Below, one piece after another: positions 16,360 through 25,867 of a DNA stretch of 64,000 bases. Within the stretch, counting starts at the first letter, position 1. Each line of letters starts with the position of its first letter. Both the position numbers and the translations under genes were made by a program. The notes beneath the pieces are model-generated. The model saw only the letters and a program-made list of their open reading frames with translations, searched no databases and was not told where the DNA came from. Source of the DNA: Bacteroidales bacterium (lineage in GTDB: Bacteria > Bacteroidota > Bacteroidia > Bacteroidales > UBA1402); NCBI GenBank assembly GCA_017468435.1, contig JAFUIP010000004.1:18668-82667 (forward strand), in the 5' to 3' direction.

Positions 16360-17445
16360 TCAATCTTCCTGAACCGGAGGCAGATCGTTCAAATCGCCCA
16401 CTTGTTCAATATGTTGTTTGCGCAAAGGATTGCGGTACATTTCTTCGTAACGTTCTCTGTTTTTGTACACATCGATGGCCAAGTAAAAAGCCTCACGGAA
16501 AGAAGCTTCGTCTGCTTTCTGCTGACCCACGAGACCATAGGCCGTACCATGCGCCGGAGAAGTTCTGACAATGGGCAATCCTGTGGTAAAGTTCACACCT
16601 CTTCCCTCGCTCATCGCCTTGAAAGGAATCAAACCCTGATCGTGATACATGGCCAGCACGCCGTCGAACATGGTGTATTGCTCGCTGCCGAAGAAACCAT
16701 CTGCAGGATAAGGTCCATAACAATAAATACCCTCGTTCTGCAAGGCTTCGATGGCAGGCATCAACACTTCCTGTTCTTGTTTTCCGATAAGACCTTCGTC
16801 TCCGGCATGCGGATTCAAAGCCAAAATGGCAATGCGGGGTTTCTGAATGGCGAAATCATATACCAAGCTATCGTTGAGCAATTTAGCCTTCGTCATCACC
16901 AGGTCCTGCGTCAGTTGCGAAGCAATCTGATCTACGGCAATATGTCCGGTGGCCACCGCCACACGCATCCTATCACAAACCATCAGCATCAAACCGGGCT
17001 TCCCGTTGGCAAATACTTGTTCAAGATATTCCGTATGTCCGGGAAATTTGAAAACATCCGACTGAATGCAGCTTTTATTGATGGGACCAGTCACCAGCAC
17101 ATCGATGAGACCTTCTTTCATATCCTGACAAGCGCGTTCCAAGGCCTGAAAAGCAGCCAGGCCGGCCGTCTTGGTAGCCTGACCCAGATCCACCTTCACT
17201 TCTTCGTCGTTGCAATTAATCACGCTTACTGCGCCGTAAGCAGCGTCTTTGGCAGAAGCCACCGTGTTCATGGGCACATTCAAGTCGAGATTCTTTTTAT
17301 GATAAGCGGCCACCTTGGGCGAACCGTAAAGCACCACGGCATGAGGCTCGTACATTTCAGGAATAGCCAAATTTTTGAGAATCACCTCGTAAGAGATACT
17401 ATTGATATCACCTTGCGTAATACCTATCTTCAATTTTTCTTTCAT
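16360..17445 (-). CDS. pdxA: 4-hydroxythreonine-4-phosphate dehydrogenase
   Basis: PdxA blocks: GITQGDINSISYEV, FPGHTEYL, LNPHAGD, RTSPAHGTA. Confidence 0.95.
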   Translation of the reverse strand: MKEKLKIGITQGDINSISYEVILKNLAIPEMYEPHAVVLYGSPKVAAYHKKNLDLNVPMNTVASAKDAAYGAVSVINCNDEEVKVDLGQATKTAGLAAFQALERACQDMKEGLIDVLVTGPINKSCIQSDVFKFPGHTEYLEQVFANGKPGLMLMVCDRMRVAVATGHIAVDQIASQLTQDLVMTKAKLLNDSLVYDFAIQKPRIAILALNPHAGDEGLIGKQEQEVLMPAIEALQNEGIYCYGPYPADGFFGSEQYTMFDGVLAMYHDQGLIPFKAMSEGRGVNFTTGLPIVRTSPAHGTAYGLVGQQKADEASFREAFYLAIDVYKNRERYEEMYRNPLRKQHIEQVGDLNDLPPVQED

Positions 17446-17450
17446 CTGAA

Positions 17451-18470
17451 TTACTGTTTATTGTCAAACTCGCCGGGCAACTTCAACGTATAGAGAGAAG
17501 CCTCGTTATGTTTGAGTATGTTTCTTTTGTCATCGTCGGGAGCATAAATAAAGATTTCGGCCGTCACAACACGCTGATTCACTTCGTCCAAGCGGGTGAT
17601 GCTCACGTAAGGGCCGCCCATCATATCGCCTTTCATTTCCCAAAGACCTCTGATTTCCACGGCATATTTTCCATTGAAATTGATTTCCTGGAAGGTTTCC
17701 GGACACTTTTCCTCACGTCCCATGAAAGAGCCTTCCGGACCTCCGGGAATATTCACCTGCATCACAGAATCGCGCTTGGCATTCAGATAATCAAGGGTAA
17801 ACGTATTCTTATCGGTATAAGGATAACTGTAAATCACCATAGACTGATAACGTCTTTGACGATCGTTAGACAACCAAATAAAATTCTCGCCGATTTTGAA
17901 ACGATCCATGCCCTTGGGCACCTGCACTTCGTAACCCAGCTTCAAATTGACCAAACGCGACATTTCTCTATCGTGAGTACGCCTGATATATTGCAAGTTA
18001 CGTTTACGTTCCGCCAACTCGAAATACTGATATATCAAATCTTTCTTTTCCGTTACAAAGGATGCGAAGGTCATCTCGTCGGGTGCCACGATCTTAATGA
18101 CAGACTGGCTGTTAGCCCAAAGATCTTCCGAAAAATGCATTTTCGGTTTCGAATAGATATGCGAGATTTCCACAATGAGAATATTGCGCACAGGTTTCAA
18201 AAGTCCATCAAAATCGGCCTCGTCACAGCGCGAAATCTTGAAGCGGGGCTCCGACTGCGGCAATGCAGGCACATCGGCATCGAGCACATCGAAAAGCACG
18301 CGACCATGATCGGCTTCCCAATCGGCTTTATCCATCACCACCAACAGTTCCCAAGGAGATCCCACCGAATTGACCGACAATGGATTATTGATTGCTTTTT
18401 TACGACACGAACTCATCGTCAGTGCGAGGAGTAAGGCTATGGTACAATAGATTATCTGCTTTGTTTTCAT
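17451..18470 (-). CDS. DUF4837-family lipoprotein
   Basis: Lipobox LTMSSC. Size and sequence character match the Bacteroidota DUF4837 family that is commonly adjacent to pdxA. Confidence 0.7.
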   Translation of the reverse strand: MKTKQIIYCTIALLLALTMSSCRKKAINNPLSVNSVGSPWELLVVMDKADWEADHGRVLFDVLDADVPALPQSEPRFKISRCDEADFDGLLKPVRNILIVEISHIYSKPKMHFSEDLWANSQSVIKIVAPDEMTFASFVTEKKDLIYQYFELAERKRNLQYIRRTHDREMSRLVNLKLGYEVQVPKGMDRFKIGENFIWLSNDRQRRYQSMVIYSYPYTDKNTFTLDYLNAKRDSVMQVNIPGGPEGSFMGREEKCPETFQEINFNGKYAVEIRGLWEMKGDMMGGPYVSITRLDEVNQRVVTAEIFIYAPDDDKRNILKHNEASLYTLKLPGEFDNKQ

Positions 18471-18499
18471 CCTGTTTTTGATTTAATTTTCTTGCAGTG

Positions 18500-18507
18500 C
18501 AAATGTA
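18500..18507 (-). promoter_or_regulatory. -7 promoter box (TACATTTG) for the DUF4837-pdxA unit
   Basis: Exact TAnnTTTG match, about 30 nt upstream of ATG 18470. Confidence 0.45.
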
Positions 18508-18558
18508 ATGAAAGCCGATGGCTATGACAAGAGACGACCCAATTTTTATGACTTTTTG

Positions 18559-19593
18559 TCAGTTTTTATCTTTTTCTATGGTCGAGAGCAGTCCACAGGC
18601 CGCCTGAATATCTTCGCCTCGGGAAGCACGCACCGTGGTTTGTAAACCCTTGGCATTGAGAAAATCGGCAAAGGCTTGAATCTTTTCTTCGGGAGAAGGA
18701 GAAAAAGGCGTATCGGGAATGCGGTGGAAACGAATCAGGTTCATGCGACATTTCAGGCCATTCAAAAGAGAAAGTAATTTGCGCGCATGAGCCATTTCAT
18801 CGTTCAAGCCATCGAACATGATGTATTCGAACGACAAGCGTCGCTGATGCGAGAAATCGTAGTTTTTCAAAGCCTGCAAGGTCTCATTCACCGGATAAGC
18901 CTTCTGTGCCGGAATCCACTCACGACGCTGGATGGCATCGGGTGTGTGCAGGCTCAAGGCAATATGTACGGAGGTTTCATCCAAAACGCGCTTCAAACCA
19001 GGCCAAAGTCCAATGGTAGATAAGGTGATGCGCTTCGGGCTCCATGCAAATGCCTTTTCGTCTGTCAAAGTATGTATAGCTCGCAAGACCGCCTCGATAT
19101 TGTCGCAAGGCTCGCCCATGCCCATGAACACGAGATTGGTCAAGGAAAGGGAATCCTCTATGGACAAAACCTGGTTCAAGATTTCGTGAGCGGCCAATGA
19201 AGCCTTGTAGCCCATACGTCCGGTCATGCAGAAAGCACAATGCATCTTGCATCCCACCTGTGAGGAAACGCAAAGCGTGGCACGGTCGTGGTCGGGAATA
19301 TACACAGCCTCTATGCCTATGCCGGTAGAAGTGGCAAAAAGGTATTTTTTGGTTCCGTCCTTGGAGCAGGCGCAGGCCATGGGAGCCGCCAAGCCAAGCG
19401 TAGCATTTTCTTTCAGAAACTCTCTGTGCTTCAAAGAGATATTCGTCATTTCATCGAAAGAACGAACCCGCTTCTTGTATATCCAGTCCATCAATTGGGA
19501 GGCCATGAATCCGGGCATGGCATTTTCTTGCAACCAGGTTTTCAATTCTGCCTGCGTCTTTCCCAACAAAACAAAACGATTTTCTGCTTCCAT
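18559..19593 (-). CDS. rlmN: 23S rRNA/tRNA (adenine-C2)-methyltransferase RlmN (radical SAM)
   Basis: Radical SAM motif CKMHCAFC and conserved C-terminal Cys (IQAACGLL). The start is taken at ATG 19591-19593, because the upstream 18 codons are a terminator hairpin. Confidence 0.93.
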   Translation of the reverse strand: MEAENRFVLLGKTQAELKTWLQENAMPGFMASQLMDWIYKKRVRSFDEMTNISLKHREFLKENATLGLAAPMACACSKDGTKKYLFATSTGIGIEAVYIPDHDRATLCVSSQVGCKMHCAFCMTGRMGYKASLAAHEILNQVLSIEDSLSLTNLVFMGMGEPCDNIEAVLRAIHTLTDEKAFAWSPKRITLSTIGLWPGLKRVLDETSVHIALSLHTPDAIQRREWIPAQKAYPVNETLQALKNYDFSHQRRLSFEYIMFDGLNDEMAHARKLLSLLNGLKCRMNLIRFHRIPDTPFSPSPEEKIQAFADFLNAKGLQTTVRASRGEDIQAACGLLSTIEKDKN

Positions 19594-19609
19594 CACTGAA
19601 TTATTTTGG

Positions 19610-19642
19610 AAAAAAGAGGCTGTGTCAAAAATACACAGCCTC
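19610..19642 (-). terminator. Intrinsic terminator after the PPIase gene, with a -7 promoter box in its loop
   Basis: Minus strand reads GAGGCTGTG-TATTTTTGA-CACAGCCTC-TTTTTT: a perfect 9-bp stem followed by a U6 tract. The loop contains TATTTTTG (TAnnTTTG). Confidence 0.65.
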
Positions 19643-19683
19643 CCCAATTATATATCGAGCAGAGATTATCTGCCTGAAATCGA

Positions 19684-21819
19684 TTAATAGAATCTGATAC
19701 GAGAATCTTCCACATCAGCAGCGTCTCTGACAGCCTGCATAGCCTGATACATCACGCGATATGAATCATTAGCCGTCATAGCCAACTTTTCGGTGGTTTC
19801 GTCGAAAGAAGCGGTACCATTCACATCTGAGAATACAGTGAATACATACACACCATTGTTGCCGGCAACAGGCTTTGACACTTCGTTCATAGGAGCAGAC
19901 AAAACTGCGGCCAACAAAGCAGGTTCGTCACCCAAACCAGCAATACGACGAGCAGAGAATGAAAGCAAGTCGATGGTATCGTTACGCATACCGTTTTCAG
20001 CAGCGATGGTCTTCACGTCGGCAGCATCCTTCAAGCCTGAGATGATGGCGGCAGCCTTCTGCTTGTTGATAAGTTCGCGAGCCAATTGAGACTGAACGCT
20101 TTCGAAACTTCTATATTCACCATCGTTGGCAGCTTCGATAGCCACTACCATATATTGATTGTTAGAATTCTCGAAAATGGTAGAAACATCGCCCACTTTG
20201 TTGTTGTGAACAAAACGAACAGCCTGACGCATAGAAGCCACATTACCAATGGTATAATCGGTCTTGCGAATCACGGGAGCATATTGTACGGTATAACCGG
20301 CTTCACGAGCAGCCTTCACGAATGATTCTGTTTCCTGATTAGCGGCCACTACTTGGTTCAATTTATTGTAAGCAGCGCTGAAAGTCTTTGAAGAAGGAGT
20401 AACGGGCATTACCAACTGAGCAATCTTAGACTTCTTCACAGCCTTGGTCATGTCGGTCACCTTGATGATGTGCAAACCATAGTTTGAAGCCACTTTAACA
20501 TAAGCATTCTTCTTGGCAGAGAAACAAGCATCGGTAAATTCTTTACCCATGCCAGAGAAAGCATCCACTTCGCGGAACCAACCCATATCACCACCTTGGG
20601 CAGCGGTTTGGTCTTGAGAATATTGAGCAGCCAAAGCAGCGAAATCGGCTTTCTTATTGGTCTTCAATACATTCAACAAGCTATCGGCCAAATGGTTGCC
20701 TGATTCACCCTTATCGGCGATGTAAATCTGGCTAACCTTAACAGAGTCGGGCTTGCTTACTTCGGCCATCTTGCGCAACATAATCCAGTTGTTGTCTTCG
20801 AAGAAAGGACCTTTTACTTCGCCCACCTTGGCATTTGAAGCAAATTCACCCAAAGTTCCGGTGTAAACGCTGTTGGCCAAGAAACAATCCAAATACTTGT
20901 TGTCCGAGTTGGCATTCACTACTGCGGTAGGATCTTCGTCCGTGCTGAACTTCTGAGCCAAAGCTTCGATATCAGCCTTTACTGCATCATTGTCTTCCTG
21001 GCTGGGAAGCACGTCAACCACTACATAACGAGCGGCACGAGAAGGCTCCTGACGAAATTCTTCGATGCTGGACTTATACAATTTCTTGGCATCGGCAGTG
21101 CTTACCTTGAAAGTTGAATCGGGCAATTCTGAATAAGGCTTGAAAGCATAGGCAACATTTACAGAACGCTGACGGGCATCAAAATTAGCCTTGGCATCGA
21201 GAGAGTTGGCGGTAACAGCCTTCAAAAGGATATTGGAAATCTTTTCTTCCAAACGAGCATACTTCAAATTGTTTTCCCAGAACAACCAGAAATTCTTCAT
21301 CTGAGCAATTTGAGCCTGAACTTCTGCAGGATATGAAGACAAATCGTCAGATTGGATGGTGCGGAGGAAATTCATCATCACGCTGCGGTCGAAAGCGCCG
21401 GTTTCAGGATTCTGGAAGAAAGGCATCTGCTGAACCAAATAATGCACGTTTTCACCATTGATCATATCGAACAATTCTTCGCTGGTAACGCTAATACCCA
21501 AAGCCTTAGCCTGTTCGTCCAACAAAGTTTCACGAACGATGGTTTCGTACACTGATTCGCGAATCTGATTCACCAATTCTTCGTCCAAAGAAGATTGACC
21601 GGTTTGAATTTTGTAAACATCTTCCATTTCCTGGATTCGACGTTCGTACTCTCTGAAATTCAATTTCTTACCATTGATTGAAGCAATGTTTTCCTGAGAT
21701 TGTTGAAACAAAGTCGAACCAGAGGTAAGGAAGTCGCCGATAATGAAGGCGAACAAAGCCACACCAATGGCAATCAGCAGGACAATTGAATGTTTTCTAA
21801 TGTTTTGTAATGCTGCCAT
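19684..21819 (-). CDS. PpiD/SurA-like periplasmic chaperone-peptidylprolyl isomerase
   Basis: N-terminal TM anchor, a long chaperone region and the parvulin motif GGDMGWF. Confidence 0.85.
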   Translation of the reverse strand: MAALQNIRKHSIVLLIAIGVALFAFIIGDFLTSGSTLFQQSQENIASINGKKLNFREYERRIQEMEDVYKIQTGQSSLDEELVNQIRESVYETIVRETLLDEQAKALGISVTSEELFDMINGENVHYLVQQMPFFQNPETGAFDRSVMMNFLRTIQSDDLSSYPAEVQAQIAQMKNFWLFWENNLKYARLEEKISNILLKAVTANSLDAKANFDARQRSVNVAYAFKPYSELPDSTFKVSTADAKKLYKSSIEEFRQEPSRAARYVVVDVLPSQEDNDAVKADIEALAQKFSTDEDPTAVVNANSDNKYLDCFLANSVYTGTLGEFASNAKVGEVKGPFFEDNNWIMLRKMAEVSKPDSVKVSQIYIADKGESGNHLADSLLNVLKTNKKADFAALAAQYSQDQTAAQGGDMGWFREVDAFSGMGKEFTDACFSAKKNAYVKVASNYGLHIIKVTDMTKAVKKSKIAQLVMPVTPSSKTFSAAYNKLNQVVAANQETESFVKAAREAGYTVQYAPVIRKTDYTIGNVASMRQAVRFVHNNKVGDVSTIFENSNNQYMVVAIEAANDGEYRSFESVQSQLARELINKQKAAAIISGLKDAADVKTIAAENGMRNDTIDLLSFSARRIAGLGDEPALLAAVLSAPMNEVSKPVAGNNGVYVFTVFSDVNGTASFDETTEKLAMTANDSYRVMYQAMQAVRDAADVEDSRIRFY

Positions 21820-21862
21820 TTTTTTAAATATTATTTGATTATTATTTTTTCAAAAAATTGCG

Positions 21863-21870
21863 CAAATGTA
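21863..21870 (-). promoter_or_regulatory. -7 promoter box (TACATTTG) for the PPIase gene
   Basis: Exact TAnnTTTG match, about 44 nt upstream of ATG 21819. Confidence 0.45.
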
Positions 21871-21875
21871 GTGAA

Positions 21876-22478
21876 TTATTCTTGATTATTCAAGCCTTCT
21901 TCCTCGCTATCCATAGGAAAAACACCTTTAATCTTAAAAATTTTATACTTGGTAAGCGATTCGTTCGACTCGAAGCCGTAACCCGTCAAAATCTGGTCTT
22001 CCTGTTGAATGCGGATAAAGGAATCGGAATACACCCGGTGTTGATCTTGATTCCAATACAACAGGTTGGTTTCAAACTGTTCCCCGCTCATATTCTTTAC
22101 CAGCACATTATTCTTCAACTCCCAGAGTTTCAGCTCGGTAAAGTAACGAGCCGTATCGCCTTCCACCACAGATTCCACCTCTAAACTGTCGTTAAAGCGT
22201 TCGAAATAGACCTTGTCAGGAAAGAACCAATAAGGTTCGTCGGCCTGATCGTACACTTTCCACGTCTGTGCCAAGACCTTGTAGCGAATGCGACCCGAAT
22301 CGGAAATGAGCGTGGTCACCGAATCGACTAACATGCCCGGCACCACCTTACGATTCTCGAAATTGGCAATGGTATCGGTCTTTTCTTTTTTGCAAGACGG
22401 ACATACCATAAACAACATAACAGTCGCACTAAAAAGCGCAACTGTTATGGAAGGTTTTTTATGTCTTTTGAAAAACAT
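21876..22478 (-). CDS. lptC: LPS export periplasmic protein LptC
   Basis: 200 aa with an N-terminal anchor, an LptC-like beta-jellyroll pattern (...LLYWNQDQHRVYSDSFIRIQQEDQILTGYGFESN...) and the conserved synteny. Confidence 0.75.
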   Translation of the reverse strand: MFFKRHKKPSITVALFSATVMLFMVCPSCKKEKTDTIANFENRKVVPGMLVDSVTTLISDSGRIRYKVLAQTWKVYDQADEPYWFFPDKVYFERFNDSLEVESVVEGDTARYFTELKLWELKNNVLVKNMSGEQFETNLLYWNQDQHRVYSDSFIRIQQEDQILTGYGFESNESLTKYKIFKIKGVFPMDSEEEGLNNQE

Positions 22479-22479
22479 A

Positions 22480-23838
22480 TTATTTCTTTACGCGCACAAT
22501 GGTTCTTTCGTTGATCCAACCACCCAAAAGATAAGGCTTACCTTCGTCCACGTTAGGATTCATGAAAACATCTTCTGAACGGGGATATTGTTCCATGTAC
22601 TTAGAAATCAAATCGCTGCATTCTGCATCAACAGCGGGATCAACAGACTTGGCCTTGAGCAATTTGTCAACAGCTGCACAATATACCAAACGACGGATAA
22701 CGGGATCTTCGAATTGATCTACACTGTTGGCATACATTTTGGCAATCAGGATGTAAGGATCAGCATAACCTTCTTTGTAAGAAGCGGCATTCAAAGCATG
22801 CTTGCGAGCTTCCTTGTATTCCTTACCGGCGAACAATGCAGTAGCAGACAAATATTCGTATTCAGCCTTTTTATTGTTATCTTCGGTCATTGCGATAGCC
22901 TGATCCAGATATTCAGCAGCCTTGGCATATTCTTCCTTCTTGATACACATGTAAGCGCAACCTTCGGCAGATTCAGCAGTGGGCTGCAAGTTGTGAGCAT
23001 ACTGAGAAGCAGCAAAATAAACCTCGGTATCGGTACACTTTACGCGCTTGAACAAATCTACCACCTTCTTCAACCATTCCAAGTTTTCCTTGTTGGCTTC
23101 CAAATCGGCTGCGAAAAGTTCTTGCAAAGTAGTGCAATCGGCCACACCTGAAGACACAAATACATCGTTGATATCTTGTTCGTAAGCAGCAATTTTATCC
23201 TTTTCAGCATCGGTTTTGGCAAGAGCCAACTTTTGGTCGAGAATATCCATCACCTTCAGATAATCGTTGATAAACTGGGTCTTGTGAGCGGGATCTTCCA
23301 ACATAGCCTTAGAAGCCAAGATAAAATAAGGAGCATAAGCAGCATTGAACTGTCTTACAGAACATTCGTTGATACAGATGGTCAACCATTCGTAAGCGGG
23401 CTTCTTGTCGCTGTTTTCACCATCGGGATGCAAAGTGAAATAGTCAACAGCCTTTCTACCATACACGAAAGGACGGGGAGCTCTTACATAATCGCCAAAG
23501 TATTGAATACGCTGATCATAAACCTGCATCAAAGCGTTGAAGTATTCCATTTTCTTGGCAGGATTGGTTTCGCGCTTCAATTGCCAGGTACGAATCTTTG
23601 CACCTTCAATATAAAGGTTGATACTTGCTGCAGGACATTCAGTGTAAGCGATGGTCCAGAATTCCAATGCAGTCGCATAGTCGCCTTGCTTGGCGTAGGT
23701 CTGATAAAGACTCAGGTTTTGGATACAACGAATACTATCTTCTCCGTGACCGTACTTAGAACCGTCTTCTACACCCTTCTGGGCGAAGGCAGAAACACTA
23801 AGCATCATCACACTGATAGCGATAATAAATCTTTTCAT
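22480..23838 (-). CDS. Secreted TPR-like repeat protein
   Basis: Signal peptide, then repeated helical pairs rich in A/Y/K (EYAKAAEYLDQAIAM, EYKEARKHALNAASY). Confidence 0.7.
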   Translation of the reverse strand: MKRFIIAISVMMLSVSAFAQKGVEDGSKYGHGEDSIRCIQNLSLYQTYAKQGDYATALEFWTIAYTECPAASINLYIEGAKIRTWQLKRETNPAKKMEYFNALMQVYDQRIQYFGDYVRAPRPFVYGRKAVDYFTLHPDGENSDKKPAYEWLTICINECSVRQFNAAYAPYFILASKAMLEDPAHKTQFINDYLKVMDILDQKLALAKTDAEKDKIAAYEQDINDVFVSSGVADCTTLQELFAADLEANKENLEWLKKVVDLFKRVKCTDTEVYFAASQYAHNLQPTAESAEGCAYMCIKKEEYAKAAEYLDQAIAMTEDNNKKAEYEYLSATALFAGKEYKEARKHALNAASYKEGYADPYILIAKMYANSVDQFEDPVIRRLVYCAAVDKLLKAKSVDPAVDAECSDLISKYMEQYPRSEDVFMNPNVDEGKPYLLGGWINERTIVRVKK

Positions 23839-23862
23839 AATACTTCTTTTCTATTAATAGTT

Positions 23863-25128
23863 TTAGTTAAATCTACGTTTCATGAACCAAGTTTCGCTAA
23901 AGGCCACACTGACAGACAACTTGTAATAATTCTCCTTGATCAGCGTCTTTTCAGGCGTAAGCGTCTTACCTATTTCAAAAGCAACATTCAGCACAGAACG
24001 CTGTCCTTTCAAAGGAAGTCCTGCACCAAAAGTTAAAGCTATATCCTTAAGATTTCCGGCCGCGAAATTAATATATGAATCGGAATATTGCAAACCCATA
24101 CGATATTTAATCACCTGATAATAATAGTCGGCAGCCTTTGCAGGAAGATATTCCAAGCCCACTGCGAATCGTTGGGTAGAAGCCAAGGTATCGGTTTTTC
24201 CATAATAATCGGCATCAGCCCAAGCCTGATAAGCATAGTCAAAAGCAAGCGTCAAACGGTCGTCGAAAGTGTAACTCAGTCCGGCGCCGAAAGATTGAGG
24301 CGTGCTGAAAGAATAATCTGCATCGGGCGACAAAGTCAAGGTATCGAGCACGATATGCGTTGAAGACAATTCCGACTTAAATGCCTGAGGCAGAGTATAA
24401 GTAGCGCCCAATACTAAATGATGTTTTTCGCCGAAATCACGGAAAAACTGCAGCCCAAAATCGAAATTGGATTGGCTCAGATAGAGCAAATCGTTTTGAG
24501 CATAACCCTTATACAAAGAGTTGGAATAAGTCAATGTATTCGTATAAATAAGGTTACCGAACTTGTAATTCCAATTGACTCCCAAAGACAAACAATCGAA
24601 AAGCGATACCGAGGTTCCGATGAAAAGATTGTTCAAACCGCCTGTGGCTGAGTAAGATTCGATGTATGTAACATCTTCCTCGCCCTGCATGCCAGCCAAA
24701 GAACCGGAAGCGCCATATTGATAACCTACTTTTGAATATTCATACAGACCCATGGCCATGCCCCAATGTTTGGTCAACGGAAACTTCATGGCAAAATGAT
24801 CCAAAGAATAACCAAGATTCGTGCCCCTCTTGTCGTTCTCGCGGTATTGAGACAGATTGCCGGAGAAAGAAAAATCGAACAAGAAAGTAAGTGAATCTAT
24901 CGCCGAATAGGTAGCCGGGTTCATCGGATTGATATACGAAGAACTGCGCAATCCGTAGGAAGTTCCACCCATGGAAACAGATTGTCCCATGATGGGTTCT
25001 TGCAGGATTCCGTAAGCATAACGACTGTAGGGAGAATATGTATTTCTCTGAGCATCAAGACCAAAGCAAGAGCAAAGCAAGAGGCCCAACAGTATTAGAA
25101 ATTTACCTTTACAATGATTTTTGAACAT
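23863..25128 (-). CDS. Outer-membrane beta-barrel protein (porin/FadL-like), uncharacterised
   Basis: Signal peptide, alternating beta-strand pattern and aromatic-rich girdle. The start overlaps the coaX end by 20 nt. Confidence 0.65.
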   Translation of the reverse strand: MFKNHCKGKFLILLGLLLCSCFGLDAQRNTYSPYSRYAYGILQEPIMGQSVSMGGTSYGLRSSSYINPMNPATYSAIDSLTFLFDFSFSGNLSQYRENDKRGTNLGYSLDHFAMKFPLTKHWGMAMGLYEYSKVGYQYGASGSLAGMQGEEDVTYIESYSATGGLNNLFIGTSVSLFDCLSLGVNWNYKFGNLIYTNTLTYSNSLYKGYAQNDLLYLSQSNFDFGLQFFRDFGEKHHLVLGATYTLPQAFKSELSSTHIVLDTLTLSPDADYSFSTPQSFGAGLSYTFDDRLTLAFDYAYQAWADADYYGKTDTLASTQRFAVGLEYLPAKAADYYYQVIKYRMGLQYSDSYINFAAGNLKDIALTFGAGLPLKGQRSVLNVAFEIGKTLTPEKTLIKENYYKLSVSVAFSETWFMKRRFN

Positions 25129-25867
25129 TGTCGTATAATATTCTGTTTAATCCGATTAACACTAAATTTTTGCGCGCAAAGATAGGCTTTTTTATGCGGC
25201 TTTCAAAATAGGATATATCGCCTCCTGTCAAAAAACATGTTAAATTCTCTTCAGATTGTTGATATTGACGAAGATATCCCTCCACTTCGTGCCAAATTCC
25301 TTGCATCACGCCGGCACGGATGGCGCTTTGCGTATCGACGCCCATGGGCAGAAAATCGGCCTGGGCCTCTACCAGGGGAAGTGCAGAGGTTTCTTCATGC
25401 AAGACTTTCAGTCTGAGCCAAATACCGGGAGCTATATTGCCACCTTGGTACACGCCGTCGGCACTCATAAAATCGTAGGTAATGGCCGTTCCCATGTCTA
25501 TAATCAAAGATGCCTTGCCCGGTGCCAAGGTCCATGCTCCCACGGCAGCCGCCAATCGGTCGAGACCAAGCGTGGCCGGACTCTGATAAGCATTGCGGAT
25601 GGGCATCTTCATGTGAAGACCATACGCGAAGAAATGAGGAATGCGCTGACGCAAGGCATCGACAAAAGCCGCATCGGCAGGACCTACAGATGCGTAGATT
25701 CCTGCCTGAGGCTGATATATTTCGAAATATTTGTCGGGAAGCATATCTCCCGAAACCGTCGTTATGACTTCCAAAGGCTCCGCCGTAACATCGGGATGCG
25801 TTTCATCGAGTTCGAAGAAGGCCCATTTACAGGCAGAATTTCCCCTATCTATGACCAAATGTATCAT
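25109..25867 (-). CDS. coaX: Type III pantothenate kinase
   Basis: MIHLVIDRGNSACKWAFF (phosphate-1 loop), GLDRLAAAVGA and LIIDMGTAITYD. The ATG overlaps the upstream GH2 stop (ATGA). Confidence 0.92.
   Translation of the reverse strand: MIHLVIDRGNSACKWAFFELDETHPDVTAEPLEVITTVSGDMLPDKYFEIYQPQAGIYASVGPADAAFVDALRQRIPHFFAYGLHMKMPIRNAYQSPATLGLDRLAAAVGAWTLAPGKASLIIDMGTAITYDFMSADGVYQGGNIAPGIWLRLKVLHEETSALPLVEAQADFLPMGVDTQSAIRAGVMQGIWHEVEGYLRQYQQSEENLTCFLTGGDISYFESRIKKPIFARKNLVLIGLNRILYDNVQKSL

Noticed and set aside
16346-16375. 14-bp direct repeat aatcttcctgaacc (two copies, 16-bp period) straddling the pdxA stop codon.
   Set aside because: It is a single short duplication, most simply a slippage scar. 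No regulatory motif is recognisable and there is only an 19-nt gap to the next gene.
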